DNA of 64,000 nt from assembly GCA_963807925.1 (NCBI GenBank), contig CAWEDP010000003.1:192049-256048 (forward strand), in the 5' to 3' direction. This DNA is from an uncultured Acidobacteriota bacterium. Lineage in GTDB: Bacteria > Acidobacteriota > Vicinamibacteria > Vicinamibacterales > CAVVIG01. The notes beneath the pieces were generated by a model. That model did no database searches. It saw only the letters and a program-made list of their open reading frames with translations, and was not told the DNA's origin. This document shows positions 53,952 to 62,792 of the stretch, piece after piece. Position 1 is the stretch's first letter. Every line of letters begins with the position of its first letter. The position numbers and the translations under genes were made by a program.

Positions 53952-55904
53952 ATGAGCATTTCCAGAATGGCGGCGTCGGCGGCGCTCGGCGGTCTGGTGC
54001 TCGTGTGCGCCGCACCCGGTGCGCGCGCGCAGTCATGGTCGCGCGGCGAGATCGCCGACGCCGTGGCCGCCACCTCCGACGGATCCATCTCGGGAGCGGT
54101 CCAGGACGAGCACGGCGTCCCGGTCGGCGGGGCCCTCGTATCGGTGGTCGGCGCCACCAGGGCCTTCGCCGTCGCCGACCGCAACGGTCAGTTCGAGGTC
54201 CGCGGGTTGTCGGCGGGACCGTACCTGGTTCGTGCGCACCTCTCGGGCTTCTTCACCTCGCGAGGCACGACCGTAGCCGTCCGGGCCCATACCCGGACGT
54301 GGTCGTCGATCACGATGCAGCCGACGCCTTCCAAACCCGCTTCGACGGAGACGACACCGCCGCCCGCGCCGATTCTCGCGGCCGGCATCGGTCTGCCTGA
54401 TTCGATCGAGGCGCCGGCCAAGCCGGATGCGACCGCCGGCGGGGACAAGGACCCCGCCGGCACCGACTCGCCCAAAGACGATCCTAAAGACGATCATGGC
54501 GAGCTGGCTTGGCGCCTGCGGCACATGCGGCGTGCCGTGCTGCAGGACGTGGACGAGCACGACCGGCTGGTCGCCGACGCCGGGCGAGGCGACGGGTTTG
54601 GACAGGCATCGCCCCTCATGAGCGCGCTCGGCTCGCCTGCGCGCGTGGCAACGAGCCTGTTTGCCGGCGGGCCGTTCTCGGGGGAAGTCAACATCCTCAC
54701 GACCAGCTCGTTCGACAGCCCGCAGCAGCTGTTTGGCAGCGATATCGTCGCCCGCAACGTCGCATACATGTCGGTCGGCGCGCCGGCAGGCAGCCGTGCG
54801 GACTGGACGGTCAGCGGTGCCCTGTCGCAGGCCGACATTTCCGCCTGGGTGATTGCCGGCACGTACGCGACGCGCGGTCCCGCGCGCCACCACTACGACG
54901 TCGGCCTTTCGTACGCCACGCAGCGGTACGACGGCGGCAACCCCGCCGCGCTCCGCGACGTGACCGACGGCAGCCGCAACGCCGGCGCGGTGTACGGCTT
55001 CGACACGTTCGCTATTTCGCCCGCCTTCACGGTCACCTATGGCACGCGATATGCGCGCTACGACTACCTCGAAGACAAGGGGCTGATCAGCCCGCGCGTT
55101 TCGCTGACCCTCTCGGCAGGACGTCATCTGCGTATCAATGGCACCGCATCGCGCCAATCGGTCGCGCCAGGTGCCGAGGAATTTCTGCCGCCCGGCGACA
55201 CCGGCATCTGGCTGCCGCCACAGCGCACCTTCTCGTCGATCACGCGCCGGAGTCCGCTCCAGGCCGAGGATGCCGCACACTATGCCGTGAACGTCGAGCA
55301 TGACCTCGGATCGACGTCCGCGGTCTCGGTGGGGGCGTTCACGCAGTACATCGCCGATCAGCTGGTGACGCTGTTCGGAATGGACATGCCGGGCCTTCCA
55401 GCCGCGAGCGTGGGCCACTACTTCGTCGGCAACGTTGGCGACGTCCACGCGCACGGCGTCGCGGCGGTATTCCGCACGGCCATCGCCCATCGCGTGCGGG
55501 GATCGGTCGAGTACTCGGTGACCCGGGCGAACTGGAGTGGCGGCGCCAGCGGTCTGCCGGAGTCGATTGCGTCTGCCGTGCTCCCGCTGGGCGCCGACCG
55601 GCTCCAGGACGTGGTCGCCACCATCGTCACCGACGTGCCCGAAACCTCGACCCACGTCGTCGTCCTCTACCGGGTGACGTCTTTCCGAACCGGTCCGGCC
55701 GACGATCGCGCGCTCGACAGCCGGTTCGACGTGCAGGTCCGCCAGTCGCTCCCCTTCATGGACTTCAGCACGGCCAAATGGGAGATGTTGGTGGGGGTCC
55801 GTAATTTCTTCCGCGAAGCGACCGCCGACCAATCGGCCTTCGACGAGCTGCTCGTGGCGCGCCCACCCAAGCGCCTGGTCGGCGGACTGACCATGCGGTT
55901 CTGA
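53952..55904 (+). CDS. Outer-membrane beta-barrel protein with an N-terminal CarboxypepD_reg-like domain (TonB-dependent-receptor-like, no recognisable plug or TonB box)
   Basis: The signal peptide ends ..CAAPGARAQ. ..GSISGAVQDEHGVPVGGALVSVVGATRAFAVADRNGQFEVRGLSAGPYLVRAHLSGF.. is a carboxypeptidase-regulatory-like fold. Alternating beta-strand patterns follow, and the C-terminus is ..VGGLTMRF* (terminal aromatic). Confidence 0.7.
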   Translation: MSISRMAASAALGGLVLVCAAPGARAQSWSRGEIADAVAATSDGSISGAVQDEHGVPVGGALVSVVGATRAFAVADRNGQFEVRGLSAGPYLVRAHLSGFFTSRGTTVAVRAHTRTWSSITMQPTPSKPASTETTPPPAPILAAGIGLPDSIEAPAKPDATAGGDKDPAGTDSPKDDPKDDHGELAWRLRHMRRAVLQDVDEHDRLVADAGRGDGFGQASPLMSALGSPARVATSLFAGGPFSGEVNILTTSSFDSPQQLFGSDIVARNVAYMSVGAPAGSRADWTVSGALSQADISAWVIAGTYATRGPARHHYDVGLSYATQRYDGGNPAALRDVTDGSRNAGAVYGFDTFAISPAFTVTYGTRYARYDYLEDKGLISPRVSLTLSAGRHLRINGTASRQSVAPGAEEFLPPGDTGIWLPPQRTFSSITRRSPLQAEDAAHYAVNVEHDLGSTSAVSVGAFTQYIADQLVTLFGMDMPGLPAASVGHYFVGNVGDVHAHGVAAVFRTAIAHRVRGSVEYSVTRANWSGGASGLPESIASAVLPLGADRLQDVVATIVTDVPETSTHVVVLYRVTSFRTGPADDRALDSRFDVQVRQSLPFMDFSTAKWEMLVGVRNFFREATADQSAFDELLVARPPKRLVGGLTMRF

Positions 55905-56055
55905 CGGCGACGTCTAATCCAATTTATTGAATCGAGATATCCTGAGTATTGGATCGATGCGGTACGTACGCGAACGTGCCGTGCAACCTCTGGTCGTCCA
56001 TCTTTTGGTCGAGGAAAATAGTTCAGAACCGCACGTGTCTCAGCCGCCTCTCCCA

Positions 56056-58935
56056 ATGAATCGGTGGTTCGCCTGGCGGACGCTTTTTGCCGTCGGGGTG
56101 GCCGTCGTGCTCGTGGCTCTCGGCCTCGAGAACGTGAGGGCGCGGGCGCGGCTGCACGAGGTGGAGGACGGTGTCCTCTGGGCGGACGGCGCCGAGGGTG
56201 TGGTCGCGGCGGAGATTGCGCCCGACTCGGCGGGCGCGTCCGCAGGGATCCGGCGCGGCGACGTGCTGGTGGCGGTCGATGGCATCCCGGTGCGGACGCC
56301 CGCCGACGTCATTGAGTTCCAGCATCGCGGGCGTCCGGGGACGCGGCTGTCCTATCTCATGGTCCGTCTCGGTGCCCGGCAGGCGATCGAGGTGTCGCTC
56401 GCGCCGATTGCGAGCGGCAGCTCGATGTATTTCATGCTGGCCGGTGTCGGCCTCTTCACGCTGCTCGTGGGGGCGGCGGTTCGCATCCGGCGGCCGCGCG
56501 ACCAGGCGACCCTGCATTTCTTCTGGCTGTGCGTCGCCTTCTTCGGCGCCTTCGCCTTCTCGTTCAACGGCCCGCTGGATCGTCTCGACTGGGTCTTCTA
56601 CTGGGGTGACACCATCGCGACCGCGGCGCTCGCGCCGTTGCTGCTGCACTTCGTTCTGGCGTTTCCGCAGCGTCCGCCCTGGAGCGAAGGGAACCGCGGG
56701 CGCCGCGCGGTCCCGATTCCGCTGCTCTATGCGCCCCCGGTGGCGTTCGGCCTCGGCCGGATCGCCGTGATGAACGGGGCGGTGAAGGGGGCCGCGCTGT
56801 CGCGGGCCATCGACCTGCTGGATCGCGCCCAGATTGCGTACCTGTTGGTGTGCACGATGGTGGCGCTGTTCGTGCTCTCGCGGGCGTTTCGCGATCTGAC
56901 CTCGCTCACCGCCCGGCGGCAGCTGCGATGGATGGCGTGGGGCATCGGGCTTGGTGCCGCGCCCTTCGCCGTCGGCTACGCGCTGCCGTGGGCGATCGGG
57001 TGGAACCCTCCCCTGGCGCTGCAGCTGACCGCGATTCCGCTCGGGCTGGTGCCGCTCGCGTTTGCGTGCGCGATCGTGCGCTATCGGCTGCGCGACATCG
57101 AGGTCATCGTGAAGGGCGCGGTGGCGTACGGCGCGTTCATCGGGGCGAGCCTCCTCTTCTATCTCGCCGTCCGGCGCCTCGTCGTCTCGGTGTTCGCCGA
57201 CGATCGCGATCCGCGCAACTGGATGGTCGCGCTGCTCGGCACGGTGGTCGTCGTGCTGCTGCTGAAGCCGGTCAAGGATGCCGTCCGCAACGCGCTGGAT
57301 CGTCTCTTCTACCGGGACCGGTACGATTATCGGCGCGCCCTGGTCGGGTTCGCGCGCGATCTCAACCGGGACCTGGACGTCGTCCGTCTGAGCGACCGTC
57401 TCGTGCTGCGCGTGGTCGAGACCCTGCTGGTGGATCGCATGGCGCTGATGCTGGCCGACGAGCGGTCGAACGACTTCGCCTCCATCAGCGACTCCGGCTT
57501 TCCGCGCGTCGTCCCGAAGCTCGCGCGCACCTCGTCGTTTCTCGCCCGGCTGGACGGCGGCCATACGGTGGCGCTCGACGATCCGATTGCGGCGGCGCGA
57601 TTCGCGGCCGAGGAGGTCGAATTCTGGCGCGACGCCGGCGTCTACTATCTGGTGCCCTGTGTGTTCGAGGGGCGCGCGATCGCGGTCCTCGCCCTGGGCC
57701 GCAGGGATCCCGATCAGCCGCTCAACAGCGAGGACCTGGCGCTCTTGACCGCCGTTGCGGGCCAGGCGGCCACGTCAATCGAGAACGGCCGTCTGTATCG
57801 CCAGCTGCATCTCAAGGCGGAGGAGCTCGACGGCCTCCGCGAGTTCAACGAGAACATCCTCGAATCGCTCGATGACGGCCTGGTGGTGTTCGACCGCTCG
57901 GAGCGAATCGTGCGATGGAACCGCGCACTCGAAGGCTTCTATGGCACCGCGCGCGAGGCGGCTGTCGGGAAGACGTTGTCGGACGTGTTCGAGGCGCCGT
58001 TCGTCGAGGCGCTCCGGGCAGAGCAGCGCGAGAACCCCGACGGCTCGGCGCTCTCCCGCGTGCCGCTGACGTCCCGCCGCGACGGCGCGGCGCTGCTGGT
58101 CAACGCCACCGTGGTCCCGCTGCGTCAGACGCCGGACGACGATGCCGCGGTGGCCGGTACGATCCTCCTCATCGAGAACATCACCGATCGGGTCCGGCTG
58201 GTCGAACAGTTGCAGCTGTCGGAGAAGATGGCGTCGATCGGCGTGCTCGCGGCCGGCGTGGCGCACGAGGTGAACACGCCGCTGACCGGCATTTCGAGCT
58301 ACACGCAGATGCTGCTCGAGCAGGCGGTGCCGGGCGACCCGAAGACCGCCCTGCTCGAGAAGATCGAGAGCCAGACCTTCCGCGCCGCCAAGATCGTGAA
58401 CGGGCTGCTGAATCTTTCGCGGGCGGGGGCGGCCGGCGGCGAGCGGACGACGGTGGACCTGAACACGGTCGTCAACGACGTGTTCTCGCTGCTGGAGCAC
58501 CAGTTCGCCGCGACCAGCGTGAAGGTGCGCCGCGAGCTGTCGGCCGTGCCGGTCGAGGTGATCGGGACCGAGCACCAGCTGCAGCAGGTCTTCCTGAACC
58601 TGTTTCTGAACGCCAGAGACGCGATGCCTCGGGGCGGCTGGCTGTCGGTCGCCACGCGGGCGGACGGCCGATCCATCGTGGCCGAGGTGTCCGACACCGG
58701 CTCGGGCATTCCGAGCGAGCATCTGGCGCGTATCTACGATCCGTTCTTCACGACGAAAACCATCGGTCGCGGCACCGGCCTCGGCCTTTCCATCACCTAC
58801 GGGATCGTGCACGAGCACGACGGCTCGATCACGTGCGAGAGCGCGGTGGGGCAGGGCACCCGCTTCACGCTCAGGTTTCCGCCCTCCCCGGCGCTCGACC
58901 GCTCGTCGCGCGCGCAGGGCAACGCCCGAATCTAG
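56056..58935 (+). CDS. Sensor histidine kinase: TM1 - extracytoplasmic PDZ domain - multi-TM block - GAF - PAS - HisKA - HATPase_c
   Basis: ATG 56056. PDZ: ..VVAAEIAPDSAGASAGIRRGDVLVAVDGIPVRTPADVIEF... Roughly 8 further TM helices follow. GAF-like: ..LMLADERSNDF..VPCVFEGRAIAVLALGRRD..SIENGRLY... PAS: ..ILESLDDGLVVFDRSERIVRWNRALEGFYG... H-box GVAHEVNTPL, N-box LNLFLNARDA, G1 DTGSGI, G2 GTGLGLS. Confidence 0.85.
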   Translation: MNRWFAWRTLFAVGVAVVLVALGLENVRARARLHEVEDGVLWADGAEGVVAAEIAPDSAGASAGIRRGDVLVAVDGIPVRTPADVIEFQHRGRPGTRLSYLMVRLGARQAIEVSLAPIASGSSMYFMLAGVGLFTLLVGAAVRIRRPRDQATLHFFWLCVAFFGAFAFSFNGPLDRLDWVFYWGDTIATAALAPLLLHFVLAFPQRPPWSEGNRGRRAVPIPLLYAPPVAFGLGRIAVMNGAVKGAALSRAIDLLDRAQIAYLLVCTMVALFVLSRAFRDLTSLTARRQLRWMAWGIGLGAAPFAVGYALPWAIGWNPPLALQLTAIPLGLVPLAFACAIVRYRLRDIEVIVKGAVAYGAFIGASLLFYLAVRRLVVSVFADDRDPRNWMVALLGTVVVVLLLKPVKDAVRNALDRLFYRDRYDYRRALVGFARDLNRDLDVVRLSDRLVLRVVETLLVDRMALMLADERSNDFASISDSGFPRVVPKLARTSSFLARLDGGHTVALDDPIAAARFAAEEVEFWRDAGVYYLVPCVFEGRAIAVLALGRRDPDQPLNSEDLALLTAVAGQAATSIENGRLYRQLHLKAEELDGLREFNENILESLDDGLVVFDRSERIVRWNRALEGFYGTAREAAVGKTLSDVFEAPFVEALRAEQRENPDGSALSRVPLTSRRDGAALLVNATVVPLRQTPDDDAAVAGTILLIENITDRVRLVEQLQLSEKMASIGVLAAGVAHEVNTPLTGISSYTQMLLEQAVPGDPKTALLEKIESQTFRAAKIVNGLLNLSRAGAAGGERTTVDLNTVVNDVFSLLEHQFAATSVKVRRELSAVPVEVIGTEHQLQQVFLNLFLNARDAMPRGGWLSVATRADGRSIVAEVSDTGSGIPSEHLARIYDPFFTTKTIGRGTGLGLSITYGIVHEHDGSITCESAVGQGTRFTLRFPPSPALDRSSRAQGNARI

Positions 58936-58940
58936 GGACC

Positions 58941-60410
58941 ATGACGACTTCCAGACACGGCATGATCCTCGTCATCGACGACGAGGAAATCATGCGGGAC
59001 ATCCTCGAAACGCTGCTGACCCGCGAGGGGTACGACGTGCGGCTGGCCGGCTCCGGCGAGGAAGGCCTCGAGCTGGCGCGGTCCAAGCCGTTCGACGCGG
59101 CCATCGTCGACATCATGATGCCGGGCATCAGCGGCATCGACACACTCGACGAGCTGAAGCGAATCGACGAGGACCTGGCGGTCGTGATCATCACGGCGTA
59201 CGCCTCGGTGGAGAGTGCCATCGCCGCGATGAAGAACGGCGCGTTCGACTACGTCACCAAGCCCTTCAAGAACGACGAGGTGCTGGTCGTCGTGCGCAAC
59301 GCCCTCGAGCGCCGCCGCCTGATGGCCGAGAACCGCAACCTGCGGCAGAACATTCAGGAGCGGTACCACAAGTTCGGCAACATCATCGGTCGCAGCCCGG
59401 GCATGCGGCAGGTGTTCGACCTCGTCATTCAGGCGGCGCCCAGCCGCTCGCCGATTCTGGTGCACGGCGAGGGCGGCACCGGCAAGGAGCTTGTCGCGCG
59501 CGCGATTCACGCCAACTCCTCGCGCTCGGAGCGGTCGTTCGTCGCGGTGAACTCCGACACCATGGCGACCGAGCAGCTCGAGTCGTCGGTGTTCGGGCAC
59601 GTGAAGGACGCCTTTCCGGGCGCCCTGTACCCGAGGAAGGGCGCGTTCGACGTCGCCGACAAGGGCACCATCTTCTTCGACGAGATCGCCAACCTGCCGC
59701 TGGAGACGCAGGCCAGGCTCCTGCGGGCGATCGAGGACCGCGAGTTCACGCGTCTGGGCGGCACCGAGCCGGTGAGGGTCGATACGCGCGTCATCGCAGC
59801 CACCAGCGCCGACCTGCGGCAGATGGTGGAGGACGGCCGCTTTCGCAAGGATCTGTTCTACAGGCTGCACGTGGTGTCGATCGAGCTCCCGCCCCTCCGC
59901 GATCGCAAGGACGATGTGCCGCTGCTGGCGCAGCACTTCCTGGCCAAGTACGGCTCGGAGAACCGCAAGCCCGATCTCGAGCTGGCGCCGGACGCCCTCG
60001 ATCTGCTCACCGCGTACGACTGGCCGGGCAATGTCCGTGAGCTCGAGAACGTCATCGAGCGGGCCGTGGTCCTGGCGTCCGCCTCGACGGTCGGCGTCGA
60101 GCTCATCCCGGATCACGTCCGCAAGGCGCCCGACTTCCAGGTGCCGCCCTTCGTTGTCCCGCCCGAGGGCATCTCGTTCAAGGACGTCATCATCGACTTC
60201 GAGAAGCGTCTCATCGAGTCGACGCTCGAGGCGGCCGGCGGCGTGCAGAAGCGGGCCGCCGAGCTCCTGCACATCAAGCCGACCACGCTCAACGAGATGA
60301 TCAAGCGGTACGACATTCAGCCGAGACGCCGGCGGACTCAGGATGCGGAAGCGCCCGCCGCCGACGCCCTCGACCGGACGGGCGGCCCGAGCGTGGGCGG
60401 GCCGGTCTGA
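58941..60410 (+). CDS. NtrC-family response regulator (REC - AAA+ bEBP - Fis-type HTH) with a non-canonical GAFTGA loop
   Basis: REC: ..ILVIDDEEIMRDIL..DAAIVDIMMPGISG..TKPF... AAA+: ..ILVHGEGGTGKELVARAIH..FFDEI..RVIAATS..FRKDLFYRL..PPLRDRKDDV..WPGNVRELEN... HTH: ..QKRAAELLHIKPTTLNEMIKRY... The sigma-54 contact loop reads FGHVKDAFPGA. It starts 5 nt after the kinase stop. Confidence 0.85.
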   Translation: MTTSRHGMILVIDDEEIMRDILETLLTREGYDVRLAGSGEEGLELARSKPFDAAIVDIMMPGISGIDTLDELKRIDEDLAVVIITAYASVESAIAAMKNGAFDYVTKPFKNDEVLVVVRNALERRRLMAENRNLRQNIQERYHKFGNIIGRSPGMRQVFDLVIQAAPSRSPILVHGEGGTGKELVARAIHANSSRSERSFVAVNSDTMATEQLESSVFGHVKDAFPGALYPRKGAFDVADKGTIFFDEIANLPLETQARLLRAIEDREFTRLGGTEPVRVDTRVIAATSADLRQMVEDGRFRKDLFYRLHVVSIELPPLRDRKDDVPLLAQHFLAKYGSENRKPDLELAPDALDLLTAYDWPGNVRELENVIERAVVLASASTVGVELIPDHVRKAPDFQVPPFVVPPEGISFKDVIIDFEKRLIESTLEAAGGVQKRAAELLHIKPTTLNEMIKRYDIQPRRRRTQDAEAPAADALDRTGGPSVGGPV

Positions 60411-60420
60411 GCGGCGGCCG

Positions 60421-61722
60421 CTACTGGGCGGTCCGCGCCCCCTTGACCCTCGCGAAGATGCGCTCGTACTTGCCGAGCACGAGGTCCCACCGATAATTGC
60501 GGCGCACGTACTCGCGGCCGTTGCTGCCGAGGGTCTCGCGCAGCCGGGCGTCGGCGACGAGCAGGTTCAACGCCTCGACGAATTCGTCGCGGTCGGCGTA
60601 GTACAGGCCGCCGTTGCTGCGGACGCAGTGCTCCACCAGCACCGCGCTCCGGGCGTTGGCGAGAATCGGCGTGCCGACCGACATCGCTTCGAGCGCCAGC
60701 AGCGACAGGCTCTCGTAGGGCGACGGGCAGACGACGACCGTGGCCGCTTCGAGCGCCTGCAGCCGCTCCTCGTCCGAGAGCCGTCCGGCGAATCGGACGA
60801 ACGGTTCCTCGGGCAGCGCCATCAGCTTGGTGCCCATCAGCGCCAGCGTCGCCGTGCCGCCGTCCTGCACGTACGCGGCGAAGTGTTCGATCAGCTCCTC
60901 GCAGCCCTTGCCGGCATCGATCCGTCCGCCGTACAGGACGACCGGTCCGTGCAGGCGATGCCGTCGCCGGAAGACAGCGCCGCGCGCCACGACGTGCGAC
61001 GGGTAGTCGCTGGCGGGCGCGGCACCTTCGGTGGCTTCCTCCGCCGCCACCGCGGCGGCGACCAGGCCGACCGCCTCGGGATCCGGAGGCGGCGCCGGGT
61101 AGGCCTGATACGGCGGAATGTCGATCCCGATGCCGATCACGTCCTCGATCAACGGGCGATCCGGAAACTGCCGCTGCACGAAGTGGCGCTCGCTCTCGGT
61201 CAGATAGCAGATGGCGGCGGGCCGGCTGAACACCTGCGTGTAGATGTCGAGTCGGATGGCCGGCTCGTCGTGCGCCGTGGACACGAGCACGCTGCGCGCC
61301 GGCGCGATCTCGAGGCCGAGCACCGTCGGGGCGTACAGGTATGTGAAAAAGACGAGCACGTCGTAGTGCTGCTGATGACGCTTCAGATACTCGAGCAGTG
61401 ACGGGCACCACGGCCCCTGCAGTTTCAGCCACTCCTGCTCGTCGGCGCGTTGGTGGGGGTGGGAGTAGATCCATTCCGAGTACTGATTGAACGCGCCGAT
61501 GTCGCGCGTTCTGGCATTCGCGAATCGCCGGACGGTCACGCCGCGCACGCGATCCGCCCCCTCGGGATACTCGTTCGTCCACGACACGTAGTCCCGCGCG
61601 CAGGTCGTCAGGACATCGACCTCGTGGCGCGCCGCCAGACGCTCCGCCAGGAGCCGGCACAGATGCTCCGATCCGCCGAGCACCTCGGGGCCGTAGCGCT
61701 GGATGACGAACGCGAGCTTCAT
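60421..61722 (-). CDS. Glycosyltransferase (GT-B, GT1/GT4-like)
   Basis: ..KLAFVIQRYGPEVLGGSEHLCRLLAERLA.. and a C-terminal ..FAGRLSDEERLQALEAATVVVCPSPYESLSLLALEAMSVGTPILANARSAV... It is convergent with the regulator gene (10-nt gap). Confidence 0.8.
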   Translation of the reverse strand: MKLAFVIQRYGPEVLGGSEHLCRLLAERLAARHEVDVLTTCARDYVSWTNEYPEGADRVRGVTVRRFANARTRDIGAFNQYSEWIYSHPHQRADEQEWLKLQGPWCPSLLEYLKRHQQHYDVLVFFTYLYAPTVLGLEIAPARSVLVSTAHDEPAIRLDIYTQVFSRPAAICYLTESERHFVQRQFPDRPLIEDVIGIGIDIPPYQAYPAPPPDPEAVGLVAAAVAAEEATEGAAPASDYPSHVVARGAVFRRRHRLHGPVVLYGGRIDAGKGCEELIEHFAAYVQDGGTATLALMGTKLMALPEEPFVRFAGRLSDEERLQALEAATVVVCPSPYESLSLLALEAMSVGTPILANARSAVLVEHCVRSNGGLYYADRDEFVEALNLLVADARLRETLGSNGREYVRRNYRWDLVLGKYERIFARVKGARTAQ

Positions 61723-62792
61723 GACGGACCGGACACGCGGGTGACCATCGCCTGCAGGTCGCGGGCGATGCGGGCGTCGCCGAAATCCTGCAGCCGGCGC
61801 CGCTGCCCGGCGATGACGGCCGCGCGCAGCGTGTCGTCGAAGGCGAGCGCCCCGAGCAGCTCCGCCGCGTACTCGAGATCCTTCGGGAAGAACTGCACGC
61901 CCGCGCCTCCCAGCGTGTCGGGCACGGCGGTCGACGCGTACGCGAGCACCGGCACGTCCGCCGCCATCGCCTCGACGAGCGGCACGCAGAAGCCCTCGTG
62001 CTCGCTCATCGAGAGATAGACGGCCGCGTGCCGATAGTAGACCGCCAGCTCCTCGTCGGGAACCGGGCCGGTGAAGATGAAGCGATCGTTCAGCAGGCGG
62101 TACTCGGCCATCAGCGCGCGAATCGTCGCATAATACCGTGGCACCACGTCGTAGCGGCCGACGAAGACGAACCGGTAGTAGGCGTCGATGTTGCGCTTGT
62201 ACTGCTCGGCGAGGCGGATGAGATCCTCGATCCTCTTGTTCGGCGCGATGCGGCCGACGAACAGGAAGTTGACCAGGCCGTCGTCCAGAATCCGCTCGAG
62301 CGCGGGCCGCTCGACCGGCCGCGTGATGCGGGACGTGTCGACGGCGATCGGGAACACGCCGGTGCGCTCGAAGCCGAGCGCTGCGAGCTCGCGCCGGTTG
62401 AATTCCGAGTCGCCGAGCGCGAGGTCGACCGAGCCGGCGAGTGTCGCGAGCTCCCGGCGACCGAGAGCGGCCAGCCGGAAGAGCGCCGGATCGTAGGGCG
62501 CGAAGAACGCCGCCGGCGTCACGTTGTGGTACTGCAGGATGCGGCCGCCTCCCAGCGAAGCGAACGCCGCGGTCATCGGCGACGGCAGGGCATAGTGAAG
62601 GATCGTCAGGTCGCCGCGCCGGGCCGACTCCTCATCGAACCTCAGCACGTCTCGGTCGAGCCCTTCGTCGATCGTGAGGGCGTACAGGTCGGATTGCCGG
62701 CCCATTCCCCGCAGCAGATCCCGGACGCGTCTGGCGCTGTCGCCGATCGCGTCGCCGCGGTGCGCCGCGGGGACCCACTGGTTGATGATCAT
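61719..62792 (-). CDS. Glycosyltransferase family 4 (paralog A)
   Basis: ..FLFVGRIAPNKRIEDLIRL..FTGPVPDEELAVYYRHAAVYLSMSEHEGFCVPLVEAMAADVPVLAYASTAVPDTLG... It has 4-nt overlaps with both neighbouring genes. Confidence 0.85.
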   Translation of the reverse strand: MIINQWVPAAHRGDAIGDSARRVRDLLRGMGRQSDLYALTIDEGLDRDVLRFDEESARRGDLTILHYALPSPMTAAFASLGGGRILQYHNVTPAAFFAPYDPALFRLAALGRRELATLAGSVDLALGDSEFNRRELAALGFERTGVFPIAVDTSRITRPVERPALERILDDGLVNFLFVGRIAPNKRIEDLIRLAEQYKRNIDAYYRFVFVGRYDVVPRYYATIRALMAEYRLLNDRFIFTGPVPDEELAVYYRHAAVYLSMSEHEGFCVPLVEAMAADVPVLAYASTAVPDTLGGAGVQFFPKDLEYAAELLGALAFDDTLRAAVIAGQRRRLQDFGDARIARDLQAMVTRVSGPS

